DNA of 64,000 bases from Nemertoderma westbladi (taxonomy: Eukaryota > Animalia > Xenacoelomorpha). The notes beneath the pieces are model-generated. The model was not told the DNA's origin and did not search any database. It was given only the letters and a program-made list of their open reading frames with translations. Location of the stretch: positions 22,055 to 86,054 of the forward strand of contig JAUCBJ010005609.1 in assembly GCA_032718475.1 (NCBI GenBank), written 5' to 3'. This document shows positions 32,484-46,053 of this stretch, piece by piece. Positions within the stretch are counted from its first letter, which is position 1, and each line of letters opens with the position of its first letter. A program made the position numbers and the translations under genes.

Positions 32484-33191
32484 CAGTACAGGCCACCAGA
32501 AAAAGCAGATTTCATCCAATGTGATCACATGTGAACACATTTGTTCAAGTCATCTGATTGGCAGGTTATGGCAAGTTATCCTCTAGATCACACAGCAGGA
32601 GGCTAACTTGCTGGGACCGACAAAGGCTTTGTGTGTGGTGCGCCTGTATGTCTGATATCAGGTAGATGAGAGAGCCCCCAGGGCGTAACATTGCGGACAT
32701 GGGCTGTATTGGTAGAGAGAGAACTACATACAAGTCCACATGGAGGTTCATGGAGTGTATGGGAGTGGATGGGTATATGTATGGAGGAGCCTAGACCATT
32801 GAATAATTAATTTAGTGCAGGGAGATGTCGCGCCATTAGTCTGACACCGAGAGGGCACAGAGAAACACCAGAAGATGCCTTAACATCTCTAACTATAGGC
32901 CTGCCTACTAGACACTATTAACCGCACACTATAAAGGTAAACAATATCCTTATCGCATTTCCAGCTGCAGTGAGTGACAGTTAGCGGCAAACTACAGAGA
33001 GTTTCCAGGTTACTAAGTGTTCCAAAAGTATTCAATTGTATCCTTTGGCGAAAAAATTTTGGTTGTTGCCAATTCAATTATGTTCAATTATGTTCAATTG
33101 TCCCGTTCAACAACATTGCATTACACTGGTACACATTTGATAAAATGTGTTCACAATTGTACAAATCTGCGTTTTCTGGTGGCCTGTACTG
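32484..33191. mobile_element. Tc1/mariner-type MITE (708 bp)
   Basis: TIR CAGTACAGGCCACCAGAAAA / TTTTCTGGTGGCCTGTACTG, TA on both sides; empty single-TA site in duplication copy 2 at 37981-37982. Confidence 0.92.
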
Positions 33192-34453
33192 TATTTGCTT
33201 ACGTTTCAATTTGCTTGAATTAAAAGAAAATTTATTTTGATGTTTTTTTTTGAAAATTTACATTTATTATAAATTTTGTCAACAATTCGTTGAAATGGAA
33301 ATCCGGCCAAAAATTGAAATCCGGCTGGAACCTGATTTTTTCTCAAAATCCGGCCGGAATTCCGGCCCGGCGGGTTATCCGGCACACCCATAATTATTTG
33401 TATGTATTTAATTTCGCCAACAATTCTTCGATTTATCACACCCAGCGTTTCCAAATTGTTGGTTTTGGCTATTTTGGAAAAAAGTATCTAAGATGCTATT
33501 CTACTTGATAGGTCAGAAAAATTTTATTTTTCGCTATTTAGTATTAGTTAATACTAGTTAACAATAAAAAAAACTTGGTTGCGCTTAAAACCCTAAGGCT
33601 TTTACAGTTTTGAATCTAATCATATAAGTTTTTTATATGATAGATCAAAGATGGGGCAACATATCAATCAGGAGAAATTTTATGAAAATAATTCTGCACC
33701 GCTAGGTGGCGCTGCAAATTTATGCTATTATTTTAGGTTTGTTATAAATAGTATTAAATCTCGTAATTTGATGCAGGATAGCTATGTAGACACCCACAGC
33801 AATTTTTAGACTAATTGGTCAAAAATTGTAGAACAAGTAGGATTTTGAATTTGACAATTTCATAAAAAAAATATTTGGAGATAATCGACATTTCATTATA
33901 CATTGTAATAGTAATTTCAATAGGAATCCCTAAATGGAAAATGTTATAACTTGAAAACTAAAAGAACTATTAAATCGCGGTTCTCAGATTTGGAAACACT
34001 TAAATCGTGCATTATAATAGATCATAAAAAAATTATACATATTTTGGACCATAATGGTGTACCCCCCCCCCCCCCCCCCCCCGTAAACTGTTGGAGCTTT
34101 GGTAGTGCCATAGTGCCAACAGGCTAAAGGAAAATATTAGCAGTGTTACTGTTACACGATTATACAGGTTAGTAAAGGAACATGTTACAAAAACGGATGG
34201 ATGGAACCTTACTCTTAAATAATTCATTTTAAAGGATTATTCCAATAAATTTTTATTAGCGTGGGCGATTACGTTCATTAAAATCGAACAGTCTGAAGTG
34301 TGCTCGGTGTGCACAGTGTGGTCAGTGATTGATTAACACAATCATCTCACATAATTAATTTATCGGATGCATGACTGAAGAAGTGCTGAACGAGGTAAGA
34401 CAGTAATAAGTATTAAGACATTAAGTATTAAGTATTAAGACAATAAGACAGTA

Positions 34454-37400
34454 ATTTCACTCTCAGCGTTTCAAAATTGATTGGTTTTGCTATAATTTGG
34501 AATATAGGTGCCTAAGATGCTATTCTACATGACAGGACAGAAAATTTTATTTTTATTTTATTTAAATTATTATATTTATTTTATTTTTTTAATTATGTAT
34601 TTAATATTAGTTAATGCTAGTTAACAATAAAAAAAACTTGGTTCCGCTTAAAACCCTGAGGCTTTGTCTAGATCTGATCTAGATGCGGTGATCTAAATCT
34701 GCAACAGTTCCCATTTTCAGATAAAAAAACCTCAGTTACTTTTTTTTGGACCATTTTGGTCACGCTCACGCAAATGATTCATATGCACTGATGAACCACC
34801 CAAAATTGCCAATCTAACTGAAATACATAGAAGAATATGAGTGGAAGTGGGAACACATCGGGTTAACGGCCCACATTTGCCAATTTATATGCCATTCAAT
34901 TAATCATTTACCGAGTGTCACATATGCGACAAAAAATCGGACCACGTAATTGTTTTTTTGTATTTCTGATATCTCCAATTTATTACAAAGCTACGTTTAT
35001 ATGTTCACAGGAATTATACAAATCAGGGATATTAATCGTTTAGCACCCGAATTGTAATTTTAATGGCCAAAATAAGACCGTGATCACAATCATAAAATTT
35101 GAAATTTGTCGCTTAATTGACGATTTTTTTTATAGCTTTTTCTATAACAAACTGTGGTTGGAGTGTATCACAAGCAGGAGGGGACCGATCATTGGTATTT
35201 GGCAATCAAATTATCAAAGCCATCCGACCATTTATTATCGAATGATTTACATTTTTGTATATTTTTAGTCCCGTACGTGACTTGGTCAATATGGTTGGCA
35301 TTGACCCATTGTAATAGGACAAGCAACACTACTCTAGCAATTCTTAACCCATTTTTTGTTATTTTCGCTCCATACCCTATGATATGCCTATGTAATTTCA
35401 TAAGCTCGATAAATTTCAGGCGGTTTTTTTCTATTTCATAATATTATTAATATAATTTTGTGTTTATTCAAAAATATTATTAGGTTATTTACAAATTAAA
35501 AAACCACATGGGGGGGGGGGGGGGGGTGGGTTGTGCCCCCACCCCCCTTAATGAGTGCACTAAATGTACACAATGCAAAAACATCGCAACTGACAGACTT
35601 GCGGTGTTTCGCCATTGTGACATTTGTTTTTGCATTTTATCGAATGTATTTACATGCAGGTTGTACATTGTACAATGCGAAAACACCGTAAGTACAAAAA
35701 ATAATCCTGAAGTCAAAATATTAATGGATAGTGAAAAATAATCACGTGGAAAAATTTCCCACCCCAAATTGCGTAGGGTTATATAGTAAGTAATTAGTAA
35801 TTTACGGACATTTTAAACCAACAATCTTAAAGCAAACAGTATTTTGCGTTTTACTCGAAATTACTTTTCGTGACTTGCGGTTGTTTCCCATTGCACGGCG
35901 GATATGGGCGGCATGCAGTACGTGTACTAATTTACTGTATAATGTATATTAAGCGTTAGTGAGGCTGAGCCCAACCAATTACTAATATTATTGGCAAAAA
36001 GTAGTCCGTTAGCTCAACATGTACAGTAGATATACTGTAGTCATAAAATGATCTCCTTTAGACTTTATCATATTCATAATATTAATGCCCGATAAAAACC
36101 GAACAACCAACAACCGAAAACATTAACAAGATTGAGAAAGCTAAGGACGATCTTAAATTGGCCTACAACATCAGCCATGAGAAGTACATACAGGATAAAA
36201 CTGAAGCAATTACAACTGCTCACATACAGCAACAATCAAGACTTACCTGGCAAACTGTAAATGAGGCATCTGGTCGGAAAAGTTGTGCAAAGGGGCGCCT
36301 CAAAGCCGATAGTCCTGAAGAACGTGTTGGGAAGTGGAAAAATCACTTCAGCAACTTGCTTGGGCAGCCACCAAACATCGAGGTCGGCCCTACAAGGAAA
36401 ATATATGACAAGACACTACCAATAGAAACAGGGGACTTCACACCTGCCGAACTCCAAAGAAGCATTAAAAGCATATCCAATAATAAAGCGAGTGGATTAG
36501 ATGAAATCCCAGCGGAGGTATGGAAAACCGGAGTGCTAAACAGACCATTATTGAATGTTTGCAACCGGATGTTAAAAGGGGAAAAGCCACCACCAATTTG
36601 GACTAAAGGTCAACTAAAGCCTCTCCCCAAGAAAGGAGACCTCGTCTTACCAACAAACTATCGTGGGATCTGTCTGCTTGTGGTAGCTGCCAAAATATAC
36701 AATAAAATGATTCTATATAGGATTAGGCCTCACATAGAGAAACTACTGCGTAAGAGCCAAAACGGATTTCGACCAAGTAGATCAACAATAGCTCAGATAC
36801 TTGCACTACGGAGACGATTGAAGGAATTAAGTCAAAGAATCTCCCCGCAGTCATGACTTTTGTGGACTTCAAGAAAGCATTCGACTCCATCCATAGAGGT
36901 AAATGTTTGAAATCCTAAGGAATACCAGAAGTAATTGTTGCTGGCATTGGATTGTTATATTGCGACACAGAAGCGCAGGTACTCTCACCAGATGGTGAAA
37001 CTGAGTTTTTATCAATCCTGGCTGGCGTACTGCAAGGTGACACATTAGCACCATTACTATTTGTAATTGTGCTGGATTACGTAATGAGGACGGCCACAAA
37101 GGGTGAAGATCTGGGATTCACACTTCAAGAACGCAGAAGTAGTAGATATCCGGCAACTACAGTCACAGACACCGACTTTTGTGGATGACATCGCCCTGCT
37201 CTCTAATAAGCTAGCAGATGCACAGCTTCTACTAAATAAAGTGGAGAGGGCTGCTAAGGAGGTTGGATTGCATATAAATGCTACAAAGACCGAATTCATG
37301 ACCTTTAATGTTGATGGAAACTTGACAACCATTGATAATAATCAACTAAGGAAGGTCGATGACTTCCAGTACCTTGGATCATGGATAGAGAGTAGCAAAA

Positions 37401-39161
37401 AGGACATAGAAGTTAGGAAAGCAAAGGCTTATGTAGCTCTATCAAAAATGGATACCATCTGGAAATCAGATCTCTCCATGCACCTGAAGACTAAGTTCTT
37501 TCGAGCCACAGTGGAAAGTGTATTTTTATATGGGGGTGAGACCTGGATACTGACTAAATCACTTGAACAACGAATTGATGGTTGCTACACAAGACTACTA
37601 AGGGCAGCCCTAAACATCAGCTGGAGACAACACATGACAAACGCCGAGCTTTATGGTACAATACCACCTGTATCAACCACCCTCTGTGAACGCAGATTAA
37701 GATTCAGTGGGCACTGCTGGCGAAGTAAAGACGAGGTCATACCAGATCTACTTCTCTGGCAATCAACTCATGGAAAGCGTAGTCGTGGACGACCGGCCAT
37801 AACATATATAGATCAACTTGAAAGGGATACTGAACTTGGGAGAAACGAAATTGCGACAACTATGGAGAATCGGGAAGCCTGGAAGGATCTCATTTCCACT
37901 GTCCGAGTTCGCTCGACCTAGTAGTAGTAATATTAATGAATATGATACAAACTATGAAAACATTGTATTGTATTCCATTGTATTTGCTTTGAAAATTTAC
38001 ATTCATTATAAATTTTGTAAATAATTCGTTGAAATAGAAATCTGGCCAAAAATTGAAATCCGGCCTGAACCTGATTTTTTCTCAAAATCCGGCCGGAATT
38101 CCGGCCCGGCGGGTTATCTGGCACACCCATAATTATTTGTATGTATTTAATTTCGTCAACAATTCTTCGATTTATCACACCCAGCTTTTCCAAATTGTTG
38201 GTTTTGGCTATAATTTGGAAAAAAGTATCTAAGATGCTATTCTACTAGATCACTAGGTCTACTAGGTCAGAAAAATTTTATTTTTCGCTATTTAATATTA
38301 GTTAATACTAGTTAATAATAAAAAAACTTGGTTGCGCTTATAACCTTAAGACTTTTACAGTTTTGAATCTAATCATATAAGTTTTTTTATATGATAGATC
38401 AAAGATGGGGCAACATAACTTTCATGCGAAATTTTGTGAAAATAATTCTGCACCGCTAGGTGGCGCTGCAAATTTATGCTATTATTTTAGGTTTGTTATA
38501 AATAGTATTAAATTTTATTTGATGCAGGATAGCTATGTAGACACCCACAGCAATTTTCAGACTAATTGGTCAAAAATTGTAGAACAAGTAGGATTTTGAA
38601 TTTGACAATTTCATAAAAAAAATATTTGGAGATAATCGACATTTCATTATACATAGTAATAGTAATTTCAATAGGTCTCCCTAAATGGAAAATGTTATAA
38701 CTTGAAAACTAAAAGAAATATTAAATAGCGGTTTTCAGATTTGGAAACACCATTAAATCGTGCATTATAATAGATCATAAAAAATTATACATATTTTGGA
38801 CCATAATGGTGTACCCCCCCCCCCCCCCCCCGTAAACTGTTGGAGCTCTGGTAGTGCCATAGTGCCAACAGGCTAACGGAAAATATTAGGAGTGTTACTG
38901 TTACACGATTATACAGGTTAGTAAAGGAACATGTTACAGAAACGGATGGATGGAACCTTACTCTTAAATAATTCATGTTAAAGTATTATTCCAATAAATT
39001 TTTATTAGCGTGGGCGATTACGTTCATTAAAATCGAACAGTCTGAAGTGTGCTCGGTGTGCACAGTGTGCTCGGTGATTCATTAACACAATCATCTCACA
39101 TAATTAATTTATCGGATGCATGACTGAAGAAGTGCTGAACGAGGTAAGACAGTAATAAGTA
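34454..39161 (+). repeat. Tandem segmental duplication, copy 2
   Basis: Matches 29039-34412 apart from the MITE, small indels and substitutions. Confidence 0.95.
36088..37927 (+). mobile_element. 5'-truncated RTE-clade LINE, copy 2
   Basis: ORF pieces 36158-36856, 36952-37188, 37103-37921 with QNGFRPSRST, GVLQGDTLAPLLF and (A/V)DD; TSD TAATATTAATG at 36077 and 37928. Confidence 0.92.
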
Positions 39162-40908
39162 GGGATTTCTCAAGACAAAAGTTTCTGATGGCATCAGCTG
39201 AGGGCTATGACGTGGGCTGCATCGATCTTTGACTTTGATAAGTGATGATTTGATAAGCCAAGTGGCCATTAATCTCCACACATACGAACTGATCTCGTTA
39301 TCTGGGCGAAAGTTTTCTCAAGGGGTGAAAGTTTGCCAGTTTGTTTTATTTAATGACCTATAATATTATAATAGGCCTACGTGTTTGGGAGGTTGTTAGC
39401 TCCACAACTAATGCGCAACACTCGTCTCCTCTTTAACCAATGTTGCGTTCATCCTGGATAACTGGTCACCACATATATAGCTTACAACAGCATTCCACTA
39501 CTGGTACTATACAACGTCTTCAAGAGATACGTTTTCATTACAACCCTCGTTGCGCTCATCCTAAACACCGGTCAACTAAATATATAGCATATAACATTCA
39601 ACTACCGCTATTGAAAAAAAAATTATCGCCCAATATGGTAAACCATGTGGTTTAGTAGTATAGTCAACACAGACTCGTCTACATTACAACACTCGTTGCA
39701 CTCGCCCTGTACATTTGGTCACCTAATATATACCTTACATTATTATGTGGTTTACTATGTGGTTTATAGGAGTTTACAGGTGGTTTACGAAGTACTTGTC
39801 TTCATTATAAGTCTCGTTGCGCTCGTCCTGTTCTGTTTTAAAATAGTTTAGTTTCCAAAACGCAGACTGACCATCTTTATAAACTATGCAAAGTATCGAA
39901 ACTCTGCGAGTAACTGCTGATCCCATTATGTTCTAGAACCTCTGTAATCTCTGTTGACTAATCTGTCTGAAATTGAAAATGTCGAAGGGAGGTTTCTGAT
40001 TTTAAGATGTGATAGGTGAGTGAATGCGATAAAATCTATCAAAATATACGACAAATGTATATGTTTACAATCCCATTGTCATGGTAATGATAATAATGAC
40101 AAATTTAAATTATGTGAAATGTAAATCTGATTAAAGGCAAGGTTTGGGTGACAACTATTAAACACTATTATTAATGACTTCAATTATTAAATATCAGCTC
40201 TTATATTAAAGTTCAAACACTGAGGCAGAGAGTCAAACTGCCAAAACCTATTTGGCTTGGCCCGTAATGAACTGCATCCGTAGCTTAAGGCTTACATAAA
40301 TTCATATCGCGACCTCACTCTCACACATACTTACCATTTCAACTTCCGATGGTCAAACTTCGTCGCAACAGTTATAATTACCGGTATAGCCAGTATCAGA
40401 GACGCAAATATATCATCCCAACGAATAAATATCTCTTCCCAGCGAATTAACAGTGTTAATTATGAGAAAGGAGCAGGTTACAGTGTCACGATAAGTTAAC
40501 CAAATCAATAACGACAGTCAATAAATAACACAGGTTATGGTTTAATTTTTATGGTAATCAGCTGCTATTTCCGTCGATTCTCTCCCTGGAGAGGGATGAT
40601 AATTTATCTGCGAATTTGATAACATAGCTGCTATGTATAACCAAACACGCCCCGTTTTCTTCATACGGTCATACTGATTTTGGGACTGTCATACAGTTAA
40701 TTTCACAATTCCTGTGGTAAAATATTCAAACTTTGATGATTCCTGGACTGTCAGATAGTCTATTTCCTTTATTTAACAATACAGGGAACTGAGGAAATGT
40801 GGTTTTATAATAAAAATTTTAATAGTTCGGGATTTTATTGTTAATATACTGTATATAATATTAAACCAGGATAAAGTTTATTTACGACCAAAGGAAGGCC
40901 CAAGCTGT

Positions 40909-42092
40909 TACGGCATATCTAATTATGAGCAAAATCCAATATTATTTACTCTTCAATATGAATATGTTATTCTTCAATATCCATATACTATCGATAATAT
41001 TACATCATCATGCAATATTAGTACACGTTAATTCAATATATTGAAAATTCAAAAATAAACAGAAATTCAATCAATATTGTGCAAATGTTGATTCAATAAA
41101 CAACATATTGAATTAATATTCGCAAATATTGAATCAATATGTTGACATGTTGGCAACATTTTATTGAATAAATATTATCAAATCAATATATAGGCCTAGG
41201 CTTTTTTTTTTAAATAAGACATCGCATTTTCCATTTTAATAGACTAAATCTAAATAGTGGTGTAATGCATATTTTATATAATGTGTACATTATTATTGTT
41301 TTATATTATTTTCATGTTGCCTATTATATATAGGCAACAAATTTAATCAATATGCTGGCAACATTTTGAATCAATGCGTTAACAAGATGGTGGCAAATTT
41401 ATAATATCATCTGTTTATCTGACTTGCAGTTTCCCATAGTTTGTTCTGAAGTGACGTCCAGCACTGCGATACAGTTGTCCTACAGTACCGGTACCATCGG
41501 TAGTTGTGTTGATACTGTGTTGTATGGCTTCTGACAACTATTTACGCGGAGGGGCTCGCTGTTAGTGGCTGGGATAGAAGATTATGATGAAGGATTCCAT
41601 CGTACCAACCAAACTGGCTAACATTTATGGGCATCATCCTCTTGTAACCGGTACTGTACACACCCAATACAAAAAATTAATTACATTTTGTGTGTCACTA
41701 CACTGCAATACTGTATTTCAGAATCAGTAAGGCATTCTGTAAGCCAGATACCCCAATGATTATTAAATTTGGTGCCAACATTTCAACATATTGATTCCAT
41801 ATGTTGCTAGCATGTTGACATATTGATTCAATATGTGCCAATATTGAATCAGCATGTGCGAATATTGATCCAAAATGTTTGATTATTGAATCAAATTTTG
41901 CGCTTTATTGAATGAATATCTGTAGATTATTTAATATTCAATATATTTTTAATTAATGCGTAATAATATTGCATGATGATTTAATATTATTGATATTAGA
42001 TTATTACTCGCGATATTGGTGTTGAAGTATAATATATTCATATTGAAGATTAAATATTTAATTTTGAGACAAATCAGATGCCATATGCTGTA
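40909..42092. mobile_element. Foldback-like non-autonomous DNA element with long imperfect inverted arms
   Basis: CTTCAATATGAATAT / ATATTCATATTGAAG, CATCATCATGCAATATTA / TAATATTGCATGATGAT and repeated ATTGAATCAATAT motifs mirrored at both ends. Confidence 0.6.
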
Positions 42093-42677
42093 TCTTTTTA
42101 TTTATATATTAGACATTGTTAGAGGCTGATTACATAATTAATATTAAATTTAATTTCCAGAGAATTTTTATGAGTGAATTGTTTAAGGAACAGTGAAATT
42201 TTTTCATGTTGTTAATGTTCTTTTGGGATATAAACTTACGCCGCCAACATTTAATTCACATGATTAAAAGTATATGAAGAGTTAATTTACATCTATCAAA
42301 AGGAAACAGGAGGGGAACTGGACGTAAATCATCCCATCTTGGCGAATTAATATCTCGTCTCAATGTTCAAATGATAAGGAAATTATAAGGTTACAGTGGC
42401 ACGTTATCCTAACGAAAACAATAAGCGAACAAAGTCATTAGCGTCGGTTACAGTTTTATTTTTGTGACACAGTAAGTCTGTAGAGTGTAGATGGTTGTAT
42501 GACTTGCTTGACTTGTATATTTTATTGCTGGAACAATTTGTTTCAGTATTCATCAGTCGGTGTAACCCAATTTTTCCTAGTTTACAAAGATCGGTAGCTT
42601 CTTATTTAAATATCCATTTGATAAATTCACAAACGCACGCAATTTCATTTAATTATGTAAATGTTTTTGTGTTGCAG

Positions 42678-42860
42678 GAGCCATCGGTTTTCTACAAATG
42701 TAAAAATGTGTTGAAGTCACTTATACCCACAAAACTTCAACCTTTAATGAAAACATGTCAGAAGGGTGAATTCTATAATGTAAAAGCACGATTGTGTATC
42801 AAATACTCAGACTGTCACATCCTTGGAAACAAATTCCCCGAGTGCAGTGATTATTATTAG
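42678..42860 (+). CDS. Exon 3 (last) of the secreted Cys-rich protein
   Basis: Acceptor TTTTTGTGTTGCAG, phase 0; EPSVFYKC completes repeat 3; TCQKGEFYNVKARLCIKYSDC...EC is repeat 4; TAG stop. Confidence 0.75.
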   Translation, partial: EPSVFYKCKNVLKSLIPTKLQPLMKTCQKGEFYNVKARLCIKYSDCHILGNKFPECSDYY

Positions 42861-42913
42861 CAAAGATAAAGAAGATACATCACATTTATTTTACATTTAT
42901 TATTTCACGTGAA

Positions 42914-42919
42914 AATAAA
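42914..42919 (+). terminator. Candidate polyadenylation signal
   Basis: AATAAA 54 nt after the stop codon of exon 3 (weak evidence in AT-rich DNA). Confidence 0.4.
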
Positions 42920-43409
42920 TATTGTTTAATAATAATATTATACTTTACATATAACCGGTGATCAAAATAATTTGATTCTACTTTGAATTTAAATAACTCC
43001 ATTAGTTTTTGATCAAAACATATGGATAGAGTAGATTTTGAAAGCTGTAGTAGTAGTGTTGTTAATAATCATAGTAACGTACGAATACAATTTTTGTGTA
43101 TGTGATTTTTGTTCATAAATTGGCCAATTTGCCAAAAATTATTGTGAACTTGTTAAACAATTGACGAATTTGATTTGCATTTTGATACCATTTTTTCTGA
43201 AGCAATCACATGCAAGAGGGTCGCAGACTACGACATTTTGTCGGAAAAACTAAACCGATTTAGATTTCATTGATATATTTTTGATGGTGGATCTTCATAT
43301 AAATGAAAGATTGCCGGAAAAATCCTGCCAAAATTCAACATTTTATTGACAAAATTTTAAAATAACTACAGAAGAGTAGTATTATTAATTTTGAGAGCCG
43401 TACAATATA

Positions 43410-43719
43410 CAGTACAGACCACCAGAAAACGCAGATTTGTACAAATGTGAACACATTTGATCAAATGTGTACCAGTGTAATGTAATGTTGTTGAACGTGA
43501 CAATTGAACATAGTTGAACGTAATTGAATTGGCAACAACCAACATTTTTCGCCAAAGGATACAATTGAATACTTTTGAAACGCTTAGTAATCTGGAAACT
43601 CTCTGTAGTTTGCCGCGAACTGTCACTCACTGCAGCTTGAAATGCGATACGGATTTTGTTTACCTTTCTAGTGTGCGGTTAATAGTGTCTAGTAGGCCTA
43701 TAGTTGGTGATGTTAAGGC
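43410..43719 (-). mobile_element. Partial inverted copy of the 32484-33191 MITE (one end only)
   Basis: TA + CAGTACAGACCACCAGAAAACGCAGATTTGTAC... is the reverse complement of ~32876-33191. Confidence 0.88.
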
Positions 43720-45551
43720 TAGAGGCGATATGGAGTGGCTAGAGGCGATACCGGGGTGGCTAGTGGCGATCTGGGGGAGGGATCGGATTATCGGTATTGG
43801 ATATTGGATCGGTATTGGATTAACGGTATTGGATTAAGCTGTGGGCCAACAGTAAGGAACGACAATGTTATTTATTAACTTATCTAACCCGAACAATTTA
43901 ATTGTGGAATCTGTTATACGCCAAAATTATGGTTCTGTGAATATTTAAATCGGTAAACAATAACTGATGTATCATCTTATTGGTTTTTTAATTTCTTTTT
44001 GTGAAAATATATTTAATAGAATTAAATTCCGAGGAAGTTTACTTTAAATGCCATTTCTACATCATTACGTATTTCTGGTAGTTAAGTCAAAGCGAAAGTA
44101 GTTTGCGGTAGCTACATTATCTCTTACACGGGGATGGGGGGTGGGGGGGGGGGGGGGGGGGTGGCGATGTATAAATTGAGTCACAAAATTCAGACTTTCA
44201 GTTTCAATAACTATCCCTAATGAGAATTGTGAAAGCCAACGGTTTCAGATTTGTAAACTCCGTTTAATTTTCTGCTTGCAGCAGACACGTTCGGTTCATG
44301 CGACCCATTCGCACAACACATGATAATCGGTTAGGTCAGAGACTACGTACTGTATAATAAATTATTTCTTGGCGAGCCTAGAATATGTTCATTTTGTAAT
44401 ATTCAACTTCTTAAAAAATACGGTACGAATTTATGAAACGGTTGCCGTTGGTATAAATGAGATGCTGGTGCCCGTTGATGGTAATATCATTAAAAATTAA
44501 TAATATCTAGCTCTTGATTGGCCGAAATTTTAAAATATTTATTCTCATAATCATATATATACAGGCATATGTGTATAGTGTACAAAACAAATATTAATAG
44601 ATATTAATCCCCCAAAAAATACCACGCCCCATTTTAATATATCACCCCCCAAACAAAACCCTTTTAGAAATCTTTGATTGCTACATGCGGTGAAGCGGTT
44701 GTGGTTGGGTAACTGGATGGAACAAAAGTGCACCAGAAAAATAATTATTGTAAAAAATAATTATTATAAAATAATTATTGTACACTAACTGGTTAATAAA
44801 GATTAAAGATAGATAATCCACCTCAGGTTCGTAAAGAATGGAAACGTTTGTTCGAAGTTGTAGGTTTTAAATTGTAATGGTAAATGGAAATTTTTAAATG
44901 TGACCAAGCTGATACAAACGTACATTTGCGTTTTTTTATCTTGGAATATAAATGGACTTGGTAGAAAACTTGAGAAGGAATCAGTCAGGGATTTAATACG
45001 GAAATTTGATGTTGTTTCCCGCTTTAATTAATATAACACAACCAGCTAAAAAGACCCTTAATACTTAATTTTATTTTGATCATCCACACACTATGTTACA
45101 GCTGGTGGGCACTAGTATAGTATCTATGCCCCAAGTTAAAACAAACATGATTAATTATATTAATGATTATCGGTTTTTATCATTAGGTTTTTTGTTCTAG
45201 AACAAATATTTGACCCTCTGACTGTAAGATAGTAGCCAGTAATTTTGATTTTGTGTTAGCTAGTGCTTTATATTAGCTAGTGAAAAAAACATTATTGAAA
45301 GATAAAAAAAATATTTGACCAACTTTTTCTTGTGAAAATGTCATTTATTATGACGTTTTTGTTCTAGAACAAATATTTGGCCATCTGAAAAAAAGATGGT
45401 AGCTCGTAATTTTAATTTTAATTTTGTGTTAACTAATATATTTTATTAGCTAGTAAAAAAATTAAAAATGTAATTTAATCCTCAAATATATTTGTCAATA
45501 AGGATAAGAAATAAGAAATAAGCATTAGAATAAGAAATAAGTTATTCTTTA

Positions 45552-46053
45552 GGCCCCCCTCACACGGAGCAATTTGTTTCTGAAACTTGTTGCTGGACCC
45601 CTCACACACAGAAACTTGTTGCTGCAACTTGTTTCCGAAACTTGTTTCTGTGTGTGAGGAGTCCAGCAACAAGTTGCTGCAACTTGTTTCCGCAACTTAT
45701 TTCTGTGTGTGAGGGGTCCAGCAACAAGTTGCTGGAAGTTATATTCCCAGCAACTTTTTTAAAAACCTTTTTTACATCCAATTTTTATATTATAGCTAAT
45801 ATTCGATAAATTGAGTGATTTGACATTATATATATATATGACTGGACATGTTAGCTATTTGTTTTGAAATAATTGTTATTTTCTTGAGCAACAAGTTTCT
45901 GTGTGTGAGGGGGTCCAGCAACAAGTTGCTGAAACAAGTTTCGGAAACAAGTTGCAGAAACAAGTTGCAGCAACTTGTTTCTGTGTGTGAGGGGGTCCAG
46001 CAACAAGTTTCAGAAACAAGTTGCAGAAACAATTTGCTCCGTGTGAGGGGGCC
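45552..46053. mobile_element. PIF/Harbinger-type MITE with internal sub-repeats
   Basis: TTA-GGCCCCCCTCACACGGAGCAA ... TTGCTCCGTGTGAGGGGGCC-TTA (3-bp TTA TSD); internal repeated GAAACTTGTTGCTG / CAGCAACAAGTT motifs. Confidence 0.8.

Larger units (their letters stand above)
29039..34412 (+). repeat. Tandem segmental duplication, copy 1
   Basis: Near-identical and colinear with 34454-39161, from ATTTCACTCTCAGCG to GTAAGACAGTAATAAGTA. Confidence 0.95.

Noticed and set aside
29039-39161. Duplication as a haplotype assembly artefact
   Set aside because: A novel templated junction and copy-specific indels and MITE favour a real tandem duplication, though reads are needed to be certain
18566-44161. 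Long G/C homopolymers (e.g. ~18570, ~30100, ~34065, ~35510, ~38815, ~44145) as functional G-quadruplex sites
   Set aside because: Scattered within repeats, lengths unreliable in assemblies, no positional pattern
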